Shown piece after piece: positions 26,848 to 36,672 of a stretch of DNA of 64,000 nt. Origin of the DNA: an uncultured Flavobacteriales bacterium (lineage in GTDB: Bacteria > Bacteroidota > Bacteroidia > Flavobacteriales > UBA1820); assembly GCA_959608625.1 (NCBI GenBank), contig CAUHQV010000006.1, positions 6,498-70,497 on the forward strand. Reading direction: 5' to 3'. A program made the translations under genes and the position numbers. The stretch's first letter is position 1, and every line of letters begins with the position of its first letter. The notes beneath the pieces were generated by a model. It was not told the DNA's origin. It ran no database searches and saw only the letters and a list, made by a program, of their open reading frames with translations.

Positions 26848-26964
26848 TAGAAACAAATACCGCCCCATTGCCGTGAAATAACGGCGTCCCGCGGGATGTC
26901 CGGCTTTCGCAGACCGGCAGGGGATCATACAATTAACCGCACGCAACAAAAACTTTCTAAACAC

Positions 26965-27492
26965 ATGGAAAAGAACTCTATTTTCTCCCAAGGCCTTAAA
27001 ACGGGCGCTATCGCTGCAGCTGTATCCATCGTTACAGTACTTGTAGCATTCATCTTGAACATGAGGATGATCGGCTGGGCATTCCAAAGCGTAAGCTATA
27101 TCCTGCTTATCGCCGTGATGATATACGGGCTTCTGCAATTCCGCAAAGCCAACGGCGGATTCATGGCCTTCGCACAGGCGATCCTCATCGTTCTGGTGGC
27201 AGGAGTGGTCTGCTCGGTGATCAGTTACTTCTTTAATCTGGTGTATTTCAACTTTATCAATCCGGACTATATCAACGAAGTGATGGAATATTCCAAAGAG
27301 GCCGTCCAGAAGATGGGAATGGTAATGAACGACGAGCTGGAAGCATCCATGCGCGCCAATGCGGAAAAGACCATGCACTTCTCTATCCTGAACTTTGTCA
27401 TTGGCATCGTAGGATCTTTGGTCATCTGGTCGATACTCGGCTCGATATTGGGGGCTATTTTCTCCAAAAAAGACCCCAACGCAATCGCTTAA
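26965..27492 (+). CDS. DUF4199 family membrane protein
   Basis: Internal ATG 26965. 175 aa, 4 predicted TM helices. MEKNSIFSQGLKTGAIAA...DYINEVMEYSKE pattern typical of DUF4199. Confidence 0.65.
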   Translation: MEKNSIFSQGLKTGAIAAAVSIVTVLVAFILNMRMIGWAFQSVSYILLIAVMIYGLLQFRKANGGFMAFAQAILIVLVAGVVCSVISYFFNLVYFNFINPDYINEVMEYSKEAVQKMGMVMNDELEASMRANAEKTMHFSILNFVIGIVGSLVIWSILGSILGAIFSKKDPNAIA

Positions 27493-27499
27493 TATAAAC

Positions 27500-28021
27500 A
27501 TGGAAAACAGAATGTCCTTAGGCAAATACGCGTTTTACTACGGCATTACCACCGGTTTTATCCTGGCCCTGATCTCCCTTTTGGCATACGTGCCGGGACT
27601 GGGGTCGGTCATCTGGATCGTGCGGATCATCGCTCTGGTGATGCTGACGATGTATTTCGTGCGCAGGTACCGCGACCAGTTCAACGGCGGGTTCCTTACT
27701 TCCGGCGAAGGCTTTAAGCTTACATTTCTATTGTTCGTATACATCGGCATTATCGCCGCTTTGTACTCGGGCTTTCAGGTACATATAGCCGCTTCCAAAG
27801 ATTCGCAGGGAATGTTCGAAATACTGCGCGAAACATACGACAACGCCGGAATGGACATCTCGGATTCCATGATCCGCAGTGTAATCGGCATCGTACCGTA
27901 TGTGACGGCTATTTTCTATATGATCGGGCACCTGATCGTAGGGGCGATATTCGGGGCTATTTACTCCTCGTCGCTCAAACGGGAGCCGCAGCCGCCGGCC
28001 GAGAACAACGGGACGATGTAA
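27500..28021 (+). CDS. DUF4199 family membrane protein (tandem paralog)
   Basis: 173 aa with the same topology and spacing as the preceding gene (GKYAFYYGITTGFILALISLL...). Confidence 0.65.
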   Translation: MENRMSLGKYAFYYGITTGFILALISLLAYVPGLGSVIWIVRIIALVMLTMYFVRRYRDQFNGGFLTSGEGFKLTFLLFVYIGIIAALYSGFQVHIAASKDSQGMFEILRETYDNAGMDISDSMIRSVIGIVPYVTAIFYMIGHLIVGAIFGAIYSSSLKREPQPPAENNGTM

Positions 28022-28056
28022 TACGCCCGGCAGAAAGGAAAAAAAGAAAGAGACTT

Positions 28057-29034
28057 ATGGAGATATCCATTGTCATACCGCTTTACAATGAAGAAGAATC
28101 GCTGCGCGAACTGAACGAGTGGATACACCGCGTGATGGCCGACAACGGATTTTCCTACGAAGCCATCTACGTAGACGACGGCTCGACCGACGGTTCCTGG
28201 AAGGTCATCGAGGAATTATCTGCCAATGACCCGGCCGTACGGGGGATCAAACTCCGTGGCAACCAGGGCAAATCCATCGCCCTGCGGGCCGGGTTCCAGG
28301 CGGCGGAAGGAGACGTGGTATTCACGATGGATGCCGACCTACAGGATTCGCCGGACGAACTTCCGCCGATGTACCGCATGATCACCGAAGAGGGATACGA
28401 CCTGGTGTCGGGCTGGAAAAAAAGACGTTACGACCCGCTTTCCAAGACCTTGCCCACCAAATTGTACAACTGGGCGGCCCGCAGAGCGTCGGGGCTCAGT
28501 CTGCACGATTTCAACTGCGGGCTGAAAGCCTACCGTAAGGAGGTGGTCAAATCCATCGATATTTACGGGGAAATGCACCGCAACATCCCCATGTTGGCGC
28601 AAGCGGCGGGATTTTCCCGCATCGGCGAAAAAGTAGTGCATCACCAGGCCCGCAAATACGGGCACACCAAATTCGGCATTTCCCGTTTTATCAACGGGTT
28701 CCTCGATATGGTGTCGATGGTAGTACTCAAACGTTTCGGCCGGCGCCCCATGCATTTTTTCGGGACGGTAGGATTTTTTATGTTCGTCATCGGCTTTTTA
28801 AGCGCGGGATATATCGGGGGAGCCAAACTGTGGGCCTTGTACCACGGGCAAAAAGCCATCCTGGTGACCGACAGCCCCTGGTTCTACATTACCCTGACCA
28901 TGATGATCCTGGGTGTGCAATTCTTCATGGCGGGATTCGTGGGGGAAATGATCGTAAAAAGCCGGAGCCATATGCCGGACTTTTATCTGGACCGTACCAC
29001 CGGAGCCGGAAAGAAAAACGACAAAAAACAATAA
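28057..29034 (+). CDS. family 2 glycosyltransferase, polyprenyl-phosphate sugar transferase type (GtrB/ArnC-like)
   Basis: 325 aa. ISIVIPLYNEEESL, YVDDGSTDGS, MDADLQDSP (DxD), and two C-terminal TM helices. Confidence 0.85.
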   Translation: MEISIVIPLYNEEESLRELNEWIHRVMADNGFSYEAIYVDDGSTDGSWKVIEELSANDPAVRGIKLRGNQGKSIALRAGFQAAEGDVVFTMDADLQDSPDELPPMYRMITEEGYDLVSGWKKRRYDPLSKTLPTKLYNWAARRASGLSLHDFNCGLKAYRKEVVKSIDIYGEMHRNIPMLAQAAGFSRIGEKVVHHQARKYGHTKFGISRFINGFLDMVSMVVLKRFGRRPMHFFGTVGFFMFVIGFLSAGYIGGAKLWALYHGQKAILVTDSPWFYITLTMMILGVQFFMAGFVGEMIVKSRSHMPDFYLDRTTGAGKKNDKKQ

Positions 29035-29076
29035 ACAAAACAGGGTCTGGAGCCCTGTCATAAAAACCCAAAGAAT

Positions 29077-30798
29077 ATGGACCTGAAAGAACTGTCCCTC
29101 GAAAGGGCCAAGCAGTGGCTCTCGGACAAATACGACGAACAGACCCGCCGGGAAGTGCAGCGGATGATAGACGAGAACTCCGAAGAACTGGTGGACGCTT
29201 TCTACAAAGACCTCGAATTCGGCACCGGCGGCATGCGCGGTATCATGGGGGTAGGCACCAACCGGATGAACAAATACACGATCGGCGCCGCTACGCAGGG
29301 GCTGGCCGATTACCTGAAGCAACAGTTCCCCGCAGAGGAGATCTCGGTAGTCATCGGGTGCGACGTGCGCCACAATTCGGATGTATTCTCCCGGATGTGC
29401 GCCGAAGTGCTTTCGGCCAACGGCATCAAGGCATTCCTGTTCGACGGGTTCCGCCCGACGCCGGAAATATCCTTCGCCATCCGCTTTTTGCACGCCAAAA
29501 GCGGCATCATCATCACCGCCTCACACAATCCGCCCAAATACAACGGCTACAAGGCCTACTGGGACGACGGTTCGCAGGTCGTACCCCCGCATGACAAGGG
29601 CATCATCGACCGGGTGGCCAAAGTGCGCGTAGAGGATATCAAATTCACCCCGAACGAGAAACTGATCGAAACGATCGGCGAAAAAGTAGACCGCGCTTTC
29701 GTGGAAGCGGCCGTCAAGCACGGCAGTTACGATACGACCGGTCGGGATGACTTCAAACTGGTATACACCCCTATCCACGGTACTTCGTTCAAAGCTATGA
29801 TCCCTGCCCTGGAGTTGGCCGGATTCAAGAACGTGATCACTGTCACGGAACAAATGGTCCCTTCGGGCGACTTCCCGACCGTCAAATCCCCGAACCCCGA
29901 AAACCCTGAAGCGCTGAAAATGGCCACCGACCTGGCCATCCGGGAAAACGCCGATATGGTGGTCGGAACAGACCCCGACGCCGACCGCATCGGCATCGCC
30001 GTTCGCAACCTCAAGGGCGAGCTCGAACTGCTTAACGGCAACCAGACCAACACCGTCCTGGTGGCCTATCTGCTGGAACGTTGGCGCAAGCAGGGCAAAC
30101 TGAACGGGAAACAATTCATCGGCTCGACCATCGTCACCTCGGACATCTTCTACAAGATCGCCGACCTCTACGGTGTGGAATGCAAAGCCGGTCTTACGGG
30201 CTTCAAATGGATCGCCGATATGATCCGCCGGGCCGAGGGCAAACAGGAGTTCGTCGGCGGCGGCGAGGAGAGCTTCGGTTTCATGGTCGGCGATTTCGTG
30301 CGCGACAAGGACTCCATTACCACCACTATTCTGGCCTCTGAAATAGCAGCCGTAGCGAAAGCCAAAGGGTCTTCCTTCTTCAAGGAACTGCTGAAAATCT
30401 ACGAAAAGACAGGTATGTACCGCGAGAGCCTGGTGAACATCGTGCGCGAAGGCGTGTCCGGCGCCCAGCAGATCAAGGCCATGATGGACACCCTGCGGGG
30501 CAATCCGCTGAAGACCCTCGACGGCTCGCCGGTGGTGCGCATCGACGATTACAAGACCTCCGTATCGAAAGACCTGGTAACGGGCCAGGAAAAGCCCATC
30601 CATATCCCCCAATCGGACGTGCTGATCTACTACACGGCCGACGGCACGAAAGTGGCTGCCCGTCCTTCCGGCACAGAGCCGAAGATCAAGTTCTATTTCA
30701 GCGTGAACGCCCCCTTCGCCGGGGAGCAGGAATACGATAAAGTGTCTAAAACGCTGGATGAAAAACTGAAACGCATCGAGAAAGAGGTGGATTTTTAG
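29077..30798 (+). CDS. phosphoglucomutase/phosphomannomutase family phosphosugar mutase
   Basis: 573 aa. Phosphoserine loop TASHNPPKYNGYK, metal loop GTDPDADR, sugar loop GGEESFG. Confidence 0.92.
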   Translation: MDLKELSLERAKQWLSDKYDEQTRREVQRMIDENSEELVDAFYKDLEFGTGGMRGIMGVGTNRMNKYTIGAATQGLADYLKQQFPAEEISVVIGCDVRHNSDVFSRMCAEVLSANGIKAFLFDGFRPTPEISFAIRFLHAKSGIIITASHNPPKYNGYKAYWDDGSQVVPPHDKGIIDRVAKVRVEDIKFTPNEKLIETIGEKVDRAFVEAAVKHGSYDTTGRDDFKLVYTPIHGTSFKAMIPALELAGFKNVITVTEQMVPSGDFPTVKSPNPENPEALKMATDLAIRENADMVVGTDPDADRIGIAVRNLKGELELLNGNQTNTVLVAYLLERWRKQGKLNGKQFIGSTIVTSDIFYKIADLYGVECKAGLTGFKWIADMIRRAEGKQEFVGGGEESFGFMVGDFVRDKDSITTTILASEIAAVAKAKGSSFFKELLKIYEKTGMYRESLVNIVREGVSGAQQIKAMMDTLRGNPLKTLDGSPVVRIDDYKTSVSKDLVTGQEKPIHIPQSDVLIYYTADGTKVAARPSGTEPKIKFYFSVNAPFAGEQEYDKVSKTLDEKLKRIEKEVDF

Positions 30799-30826
30799 AA
30801 GACACTCCTTTTGTCTATTAAAATAG

Positions 30827-30852
30827 CGAGGGCGCCTGGAGAGGCGCCCTCG
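30827..30852. terminator. hairpin terminator between the phosphosugar mutase and YcaQ-like genes
   Basis: 10-bp GC-rich stem CGAGGGCGCC / GGCGCCCTCG with loop TGGAGA. Followed by TCGTTTAT on the plus strand. Confidence 0.65.
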
Positions 30853-30856
30853 TCGT

Positions 30857-31909
30857 TTATTTTGCGGCGATAAAATCCCGGTAACGGGATTCCGCCTCGG
30901 CGATCCGCTTTTTGGTTACCCCCGAGGAAGGCCGGAAAAAGGACGTTTCCAGGAGCGTTCGTCCTTTGGTCAGGCGGTTCCAGTTGCCCACGATATGTCC
31001 TTTATGCAGGATTACCGGAAAAAATACTCCGAAATTGGTGAACGCTTTCGGATAATATTCCCGGGGCAACACCGCCGTACGGTCTTTGTAACTGATCAGA
31101 TATTCGTCATAAGCCGGAAGCAGGTGAGTGATCCCGTCGCATCCCGGTTTTACGAAACAGGAACGGTGTACGAACATTTTTCCGTATTCGGTTTTTTCTT
31201 CGGCCAAATCCGCCGCGATCGATGCCACCGCCTGCCGGGCCTGGGACACGGACAGACCCGACCACCACACGAAGTCCTGCAGAGTGGCCGGTGAATGGCT
31301 CCGGAAATATTTGGTAGCCAACGTTGCTAAGGCTTCATCCTTACACAAGCCAGGGGCCGGCGGTATCCGCTCTTCGAGCAGCGCATAGGTTCGCCCCGCC
31401 CCTTTATCCAACCCGCAGCAAACGACGCCCTCCACTTCGGCGCGCATCATCAGGCAAGTCATCCGGGTCTTTTCCGAGGGAATTCCCCTTTTTGCGAACT
31501 CTGCCGCGATCTCCTCCCGGGTGAAGTGTCTGTGCCCTTCCAATATTCTTTCGAGGGCGTCCCTCGATGCGGAAAAATGCTTTTCGTCCAGTCCGCGTCC
31601 TTTGGAATATGAATTGACGGCCTGTACGATCCGCGGGGAGGTGAGTTCCAGCATCCAGCGCACGTCCCGGGCGGATACCACATGCCAGGTAGGGCGCAGA
31701 ACATGAGTCCGTACGATCTCTCCGCGGGCCAGCGCATCTTCCACCGCCCGGACGGAAGCGGACTTCAGGCGAATGCCGACCGCCCATTTGGACATGGCAT
31801 AATCCTGCGCCTGAAGGGCACCCATCCAGTCCACCAGGTCTTCCGGTCGGTCAAAATCCGGAGAAGCCAATTGCTGGGCGGACAGACGTATGTCGGTAAT
31901 CGTTTGCAT
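30857..31909 (-). CDS. winged-helix DNA-binding protein, YcaQ/DUF1006 family (crosslink-repair glycosylase-like)
   Basis: 350 aa. N-terminal ...LVDWMGALQAQDYAMSKWAVGIR... and overall length fit the YcaQ family. Confidence 0.7.
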   Translation of the reverse strand: MQTITDIRLSAQQLASPDFDRPEDLVDWMGALQAQDYAMSKWAVGIRLKSASVRAVEDALARGEIVRTHVLRPTWHVVSARDVRWMLELTSPRIVQAVNSYSKGRGLDEKHFSASRDALERILEGHRHFTREEIAAEFAKRGIPSEKTRMTCLMMRAEVEGVVCCGLDKGAGRTYALLEERIPPAPGLCKDEALATLATKYFRSHSPATLQDFVWWSGLSVSQARQAVASIAADLAEEKTEYGKMFVHRSCFVKPGCDGITHLLPAYDEYLISYKDRTAVLPREYYPKAFTNFGVFFPVILHKGHIVGNWNRLTKGRTLLETSFFRPSSGVTKKRIAEAESRYRDFIAAK

Positions 31910-31955
31910 CGTAAAAAAGTAGGATTGACGGGAACTGATCCCGGCAAAAGGATAT

Positions 31956-32501
31956 TTATATGCCTTCCGAAGAAGAGATATGATCGAAATACTGCCCGAT
32001 GATGATCTTGAACCACTCGGAGTATTTTTCCGGATGGCGCTCTATATCGGCGCGCAGCTTTTCCGGGGATATCCAAGCCCACTCTTCCACTTCGCAGGGG
32101 TCGCAGACAGGGGTGCCTGAAAATTCCCCGACGAACACATGATCGTATTCGTGCTCGGTAAGCCCGGTGTCGAGCGAGGCTTTATAGACGAAAGAAAATA
32201 TCTCCCGCAGCGGCACATCGAATCCCATTTCCTCTTTCAGGCGCCGGTGTGCTGCGGCTTCCGTGCTTTCCCCGGGGGCCGGGTGCGAGCAGCAGGTATT
32301 GGTCCATTGGCTCTGCGAATGGTATTTGGTGGCGGCGCGTTTCTGGAGCATGATCTCCCCTTCGGGGGAAAAAACGATTACGGAAAATGCGCGGTGCAAA
32401 TGACCTCCGTCCAGGTGGGCTTCCATTTTTTCGGCCGTGCCGATCTCGCGGTCGTTCCCGTCTACCAGAATGACCTTGTTCATATCCATTTCTTCCTTCA
32501 T
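31956..32501 (-). CDS. idi: isopentenyl-diphosphate delta-isomerase, type 1 (Nudix)
   Basis: 181 aa. HRAFSVIVF, WTNTCCSHP (catalytic Cys) and EHEYDHVFVG (catalytic Glu region). Confidence 0.88.
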   Translation of the reverse strand: MKEEMDMNKVILVDGNDREIGTAEKMEAHLDGGHLHRAFSVIVFSPEGEIMLQKRAATKYHSQSQWTNTCCSHPAPGESTEAAAHRRLKEEMGFDVPLREIFSFVYKASLDTGLTEHEYDHVFVGEFSGTPVCDPCEVEEWAWISPEKLRADIERHPEKYSEWFKIIIGQYFDHISSSEGI

Positions 32502-32506
32502 TTCGA

Positions 32507-33508
32507 TCAGTCTAGGAACTCGGTCAGTTTTTTGAATTTATCGCGGCGGTCTTTCCCCTCATAGAGGATACTGTAGACCGCCTCCACGATCGGCATGTGG
32601 ATGTCGTATTGTTTTATCAGTTGGGACACCCCGTACGTAGCGTAATAGCCCTCGGCCACCATATTCATTTCCAGCATGGCCGATTTGACCGTATAACCCT
32701 TTCCGATCATCGTGCCGAACATCCGGTTGCGGCTGAAATAACTGTAGCCCGTTACCAGAAGGTCGCCCAGATAGGCCGAGTCCATGATATTGCGCCCTTC
32801 CATCGGATAGATCGCATCCATAAATCGGTCCATCTCGCGGATGGAATTGGACATCAGCACCGCCTGAAAATTGTCTCCGTAATTCAATCCGTGGGCAATA
32901 CCGGCCGCCACCGCATAGATATTTTTCAGTACGGCGGCGTATTCGACCCCCACTACGTCCCGGGATAGTTTGCACCGGATATAAGGCCCGTTGAGGTACG
33001 AAGCCATATTCTCGGCGATGGGCTGGTTCTGGCAGGCGACGGTAAGGTATGATAGATGCTCCATCGCGACCTCCTCGGCATGGCAGGGGCCTGTGATCGC
33101 CCCGATCCGGCCGGGCGCCACTTTAAACCGTTTGGAAAGGTATTGCCCCATCACGATGTTCTTCTCGGGGAGCAGCCCTTTTATAGCCGAAAACAATACT
33201 TTCCCCTTCATCGACACCTTCATCCCCCGGATCTCCTTGGAAAAAAAGGCGGACGGAATGGCAAAGATGATCGTATACGCATTCTCTACGATCTCGTTGA
33301 TATTGCTGCTCAGGTATAATTTGGAAGTGTCGAGTTCGACGGCGGAAAGGTAGGTGGGATTGTGGCGTTCTCTGCGAATGTATTCTACAGTCTCCTCGGA
33401 CCGGATATACCAGCCGATACAGTCCATATTCTCACAAAGCATCTTGACTATGGCCGTGGCCCAACTGCCCCCGCCTACGACTGCTACTTTGTAATTTTTC
33501 TCACTCAT
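32507..33508 (-). CDS. gpsA: NAD(P)H-dependent glycerol-3-phosphate dehydrogenase
   Basis: 333 aa. Rossmann VAVVGGGSWATAI, plus the GpsA-like LKNIYAVAAGI and EGYYAT segments. Confidence 0.93.
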   Translation of the reverse strand: MSEKNYKVAVVGGGSWATAIVKMLCENMDCIGWYIRSEETVEYIRRERHNPTYLSAVELDTSKLYLSSNINEIVENAYTIIFAIPSAFFSKEIRGMKVSMKGKVLFSAIKGLLPEKNIVMGQYLSKRFKVAPGRIGAITGPCHAEEVAMEHLSYLTVACQNQPIAENMASYLNGPYIRCKLSRDVVGVEYAAVLKNIYAVAAGIAHGLNYGDNFQAVLMSNSIREMDRFMDAIYPMEGRNIMDSAYLGDLLVTGYSYFSRNRMFGTMIGKGYTVKSAMLEMNMVAEGYYATYGVSQLIKQYDIHMPIVEAVYSILYEGKDRRDKFKKLTEFLD

Positions 33509-33588
33509 GGTTTGCAGAGATTGGAGGCATCGCCTCTTTGGTCGTAGACCAGCATCGCCGGAACCTGTCCCGGACAGGGAAAACCGGC

Positions 33589-33620
33589 AAAAAAGTCCCG
33601 GGAAGGGCCCCCTAGGGACT
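33589..33620 (-). terminator. putative terminator downstream of tRNA-Arg
   Basis: On the minus strand, AGTCCC...GGGACT stem (6 bp plus a GC-rich interior) followed by TTTTTTG. Lies 28 nt after the tRNA 3' end. Confidence 0.4.
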
Positions 33621-33647
33621 ATGCTGCGCCGGATACCCCGGCATTTG

Positions 33648-33719
33648 TACCCCCGGAAGGAATCGAACCTTCATCAATGGTACCGGAAACCATCATTCTA
33701 TCCGTTGAACTACGGAGGC
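33648..33719 (-). tRNA. tRNA-Arg (anticodon CCG)
   Basis: Hand-folded 72-nt cloverleaf: GCCTCCG TA GTTC AACGGATA GAAT G ATGGT TTCCGGT ACCAT TGAT GAAGG TTCGATT CCTTC CGGGGGT A. It has GG in the D-loop, TTCGATT in the T-loop, U33, and anticodon CCG followed by G37. The acceptor stem has two G-U pairs (1-72, 4-69). CCA is not encoded. Confidence 0.85.
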
Positions 33720-33729
33720 GTTTACTGTG

Positions 33730-33737
33730 CAAAGGTA
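33730..33737 (-). promoter_or_regulatory. Bacteroidota -7 promoter box (TACCTTTG) for tRNA-Arg
   Basis: Perfect TAnnTTTG on the minus strand, ending 11 nt upstream of the tRNA 5' end. Confidence 0.55.
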
Positions 33738-33861
33738 AGATATTTTTAATTCATCGTAAAGATTATTTATGCGAAGAATCGATATAACCTGTTTTTTCAG
33801 CTAAAAAATAGCAGTCTTTTTCCGGCTTATACTTACCTTTACGGATATTGAACACCTGCAA

Positions 33862-34509
33862 ATGAAACCCCGTGAAAAATTGGTCTTCGGCGGCCCTGAA
33901 AGCCTGTCGGACGAAGAACTCCTCACCATCGTGATAGGCTCCGGCACCAGTGGCCTTTCGGCGCGCCAAATAGCGGCCGGACTATTGGAATACGCATCCG
34001 GAAGCCTCTCCCGGCTGGCCGGAATGGTGCCTTCCGAACTCTGTACCGTCAAAGGGGTCGGACAGGCCACCGCCGTAGAAATTGCCGCCTGTTTCGAGAT
34101 CGCCCGCAGGGCCGCGCGGGAATCGGCGGCAGCCCCGCTGATCAAATGCCCGGAAGATATTTTTGAGGCTATGCGGGCCGAAATGACCCATCTGAACCAT
34201 GAAGAATTTTGGGTATTGCACCTGGCCGCGTCGGGAAAATTGCTTTTCAAGCAAAAGGTAAGCCAAGGAGGATTGAGCGGCGCCACAGTCGATCAGCGAA
34301 TGGTATTCCGCAGGGCTTACGGGCTGGGCACGGATTCTATCGTCCTGTGTCACAACCATCCGTCGGGATCGCTTTCGATATCGCAGGAAGATATCCGCAT
34401 CACCCAAACGATCCGGAATTCCTGTGCCCTGTTGGGATTCCGGCTGACGGATCATCTGGTCGTTGCCGGCGGGGAATTTACCAGTATGGCCGAACGGGGG
34501 CTTTTGTAA
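33862..34509 (+). CDS. radC: RadC-family JAB/MPN domain protein (UPF0758)
   Basis: 215 aa. N-terminal HhH region LSDEELLTIVIGSG...VKGVGQATAVEI and the JAMM motif HNHPSGSLSISQED. Confidence 0.9.
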   Translation: MKPREKLVFGGPESLSDEELLTIVIGSGTSGLSARQIAAGLLEYASGSLSRLAGMVPSELCTVKGVGQATAVEIAACFEIARRAARESAAAPLIKCPEDIFEAMRAEMTHLNHEEFWVLHLAASGKLLFKQKVSQGGLSGATVDQRMVFRRAYGLGTDSIVLCHNHPSGSLSISQEDIRITQTIRNSCALLGFRLTDHLVVAGGEFTSMAERGLL

Positions 34510-34512
34510 AGG

Positions 34513-35190
34513 TTACCGGTGCAGGCGGAACCGGATATACGTGATCGGGGTACCGGTCTCCAAGTATTTTTTCTCGTAGAAAGTCTGGATGGTCTTCAGC
34601 TCTTCCGGTGCGCAGTCGTCCCGGTAAAGATCGTGCTGGGCATAAAGCACTTCGTGCCCTTTCCCATGGAGTAAGCCTAACGTATACCCGTGCAGGAAAG
34701 CGGAATCGGTCTTTAAATGCAAAACGCCGTCCGCTTTAAGGATACGCGCATATTTTTCGAGGAAATCCTCGCCTGTCAGGCGGTGCTTGGTCCGGCGGTA
34801 CTTGGTCTGCGGATCCGGGAACGTGATCCATATCTCATCCACTTCCCCGGGTGCAAAGCAACGGTCGATCAGTTCTATTTGGGTGCGCAGGAAAGCGGCG
34901 TTGGGCATTCCGCCCTCCGTGGCCGTCTTCGCCCCCCGCCACAGGCGGGCACCTTTGATATCGATCCCGATAAAGTTCTTTTCCGGGTGTCGTTCGGCCA
35001 GGCCTATCGTATACTCCCCCTTGCCGCAACCCAGTTCGAGCACGATCGGATGGTCATTCTGGAAAAATTCTTTGTTCCACTGGCCCCGCAAGGCAAAACG
35101 TCCCTCCCACACTTCCTCCCGGGAAGGCTGGAAAAGGCGGGAAAAAGTGGCGTTCTCCTGGAAACGCTTTAATTTGTGCTTACTTCCCAT
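34513..35190 (-). CDS. trmB: tRNA (guanine46-N7)-methyltransferase
   Basis: 225 aa. SAM motif VLELGCGKGEYT and ITFPDPQTKYRRTKHRL. Confidence 0.9.
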   Translation of the reverse strand: MGSKHKLKRFQENATFSRLFQPSREEVWEGRFALRGQWNKEFFQNDHPIVLELGCGKGEYTIGLAERHPEKNFIGIDIKGARLWRGAKTATEGGMPNAAFLRTQIELIDRCFAPGEVDEIWITFPDPQTKYRRTKHRLTGEDFLEKYARILKADGVLHLKTDSAFLHGYTLGLLHGKGHEVLYAQHDLYRDDCAPEELKTIQTFYEKKYLETGTPITYIRFRLHR

Positions 35191-35214
35191 CGAAAAGAAA
35201 AATTGTACTGTGCA

Positions 35215-36492
35215 TTATTGGCCGGAACGGATCGCATCCACCGGATCCATCCGGGCGCCCATATAGGCAGGCATGATACCGGCCAGAAGGCCGATCACCG
35301 CAGAAATGATAATCCCTATGTTGATATTGGTCAGCGACAGGTAGAAGGTCATGCCCGACAGGCTTTCCGCCGCGGCCATCGCCCCCCAAACCATCAGAAT
35401 ACCGAAAAGTCCGCCGATCAGCGAAAGGAATATCGCCTCGAAAACGAACTGAAGGAGGATAAAACTATTCTTGGCCCCGAGCGCTTTCTGGATACCGATC
35501 TGGTTGGTACGCTCGCGCACACTGACGAACATGATATTCGCGATCCCGAAACCGCCCACCAGCATGGAAAAACCGCCGATGATAAAACCGGCCAGGTTCA
35601 GCATGGAATAAAGCGGGGCAAACGTATTGGCAATGACGGATGGCACGTTGAGTTCGAAATTGTCTTTGGCGTCCGGCGCCAGACGGCGGATGGAACGCAC
35701 ATGCCCTCGCAATTCGCTCAGGAACTCATCCATATTGGCCTTCTGGGCATCCGAAGGGTTGACGATCACATTCCCGCCCGAGCGGTCGGTGATCATGTTG
35801 TATTTCCGGTAGAAATTGATCGGGACGAATACCCGATTGTCCTTAGACATGCCGAAAGTCTGTTCCCCTTCTTTTTCCAATGTGCCGATGATACGGAGCT
35901 TTTGTCCCCGGTACATGACGACCTTGCCGACGGCTTCTTCGTCCGAGCCGAAACTATTGGTATAGATATCGTAACCTACCACCGCCACGGGAGTGCCCGC
36001 CGCGCTTTCTATCGGGGAGAAAAAACGGCCCTGCGTGACCTTCATCTGTTCGATGTTCTCGTATTCCTGCGAGACGGCCAGCAGCTGGAAATCGTTGATG
36101 TTTTCGTTGTTGATCTTTATCTGCCCGTATCCCTGGAGGTAAAAAGCGATCCGGTCGGCGATCTCGGGCATCTGCCGGCGCAGGGAGGCCGCTTCGGCGG
36201 GCGTAGGATAGGGACGCTTGCGGATATCCCACCACTGGGCATCCATCACCATGCCCCAAGGCCATTTGTCGATATACACCACTTCGGCACCCATCGAAGC
36301 CAAGTCGTCGTCCACGTTCTTTTTGAGCGAATCGACGGCGGCCAACACGGTAATGATGCAGAAGATACCGATGCTGATCCCCAACAGCGACAAAAGGGTG
36401 CGGAGTTTGTTCTTCACCAGGGCGTCCCAGGCAAATTTCACGCTTTCGGTAAACAGGATAATGGACTTGCGCATATTTTTCTCGGTGATCAC
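35215..36492 (-). CDS. ABC transporter permease, FtsX/MacB-like
   Basis: 425 aa. N-terminal TM (LRTLLSLLGISIGIF), large periplasmic MacB_PCD-like domain, C-terminal 3-TM FtsX domain (IGIQKALGAKNSFILLQF). The start may be MRKSIIL (36474). Confidence 0.85.
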   Translation of the reverse strand: MITEKNMRKSIILFTESVKFAWDALVKNKLRTLLSLLGISIGIFCIITVLAAVDSLKKNVDDDLASMGAEVVYIDKWPWGMVMDAQWWDIRKRPYPTPAEAASLRRQMPEIADRIAFYLQGYGQIKINNENINDFQLLAVSQEYENIEQMKVTQGRFFSPIESAAGTPVAVVGYDIYTNSFGSDEEAVGKVVMYRGQKLRIIGTLEKEGEQTFGMSKDNRVFVPINFYRKYNMITDRSGGNVIVNPSDAQKANMDEFLSELRGHVRSIRRLAPDAKDNFELNVPSVIANTFAPLYSMLNLAGFIIGGFSMLVGGFGIANIMFVSVRERTNQIGIQKALGAKNSFILLQFVFEAIFLSLIGGLFGILMVWGAMAAAESLSGMTFYLSLTNINIGIIISAVIGLLAGIMPAYMGARMDPVDAIRSGQ

Positions 36493-36506
36493 GAACCGGA
36501 CGGAGG

Positions 36507-36514
36507 CAAAGATA
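36507..36514 (-). promoter_or_regulatory. Bacteroidota -7 promoter box (TATCTTTG) for the FtsX-permease/trmB operon
   Basis: Perfect TAnnTTTG on the minus strand, 15 nt upstream of the ATG at 36492 and 33 nt upstream of the alternative ATG at 36474. Confidence 0.5.
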
Positions 36515-36629
36515 CGAATTTACCGCCCGTAAACCGGCTCCGGAACGATGCCGGTGGGTCAAATGTATCGCAATTTAACGAAATATCCTTGTTTTTCATT
36601 CTCTTTTTTGACTTCCGGGTATTATTTCA

Positions 36630-36637
36630 TACTTTTG
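36630..36637 (+). promoter_or_regulatory. Bacteroidota -7 promoter box (TACTTTTG) for the S9 peptidase operon
   Basis: Perfect TAnnTTTG, 36 nt upstream of the ATG at 36673. Confidence 0.5.
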
Positions 36638-36672
36638 GATACATCAGAAATCAACCAAAACAACCGCACGAC

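Larger units (their letters stand above)
26780..26864. repeat. exact 11-bp direct repeat CAAATACCGCC flanking divergent promoter boxes
   Basis: Copies at 26780-26790 and 26854-26864. They bracket the minus-strand TATTTTTG (26798-26805) and plus-strand TATATTTG (26840-26847) boxes. Confidence 0.6.

Noticed and set aside
33509-33861. tRNA-Arg next to radC as a possible integration hotspot or genomic-island boundary.
   Set aside because: No integrase, no direct repeat of the tRNA 3' end, and no compositional break. The RadC here is the full-length housekeeping form with the N-terminal HhH region. Flanking genes (gpsA, idi, trmB) are core.
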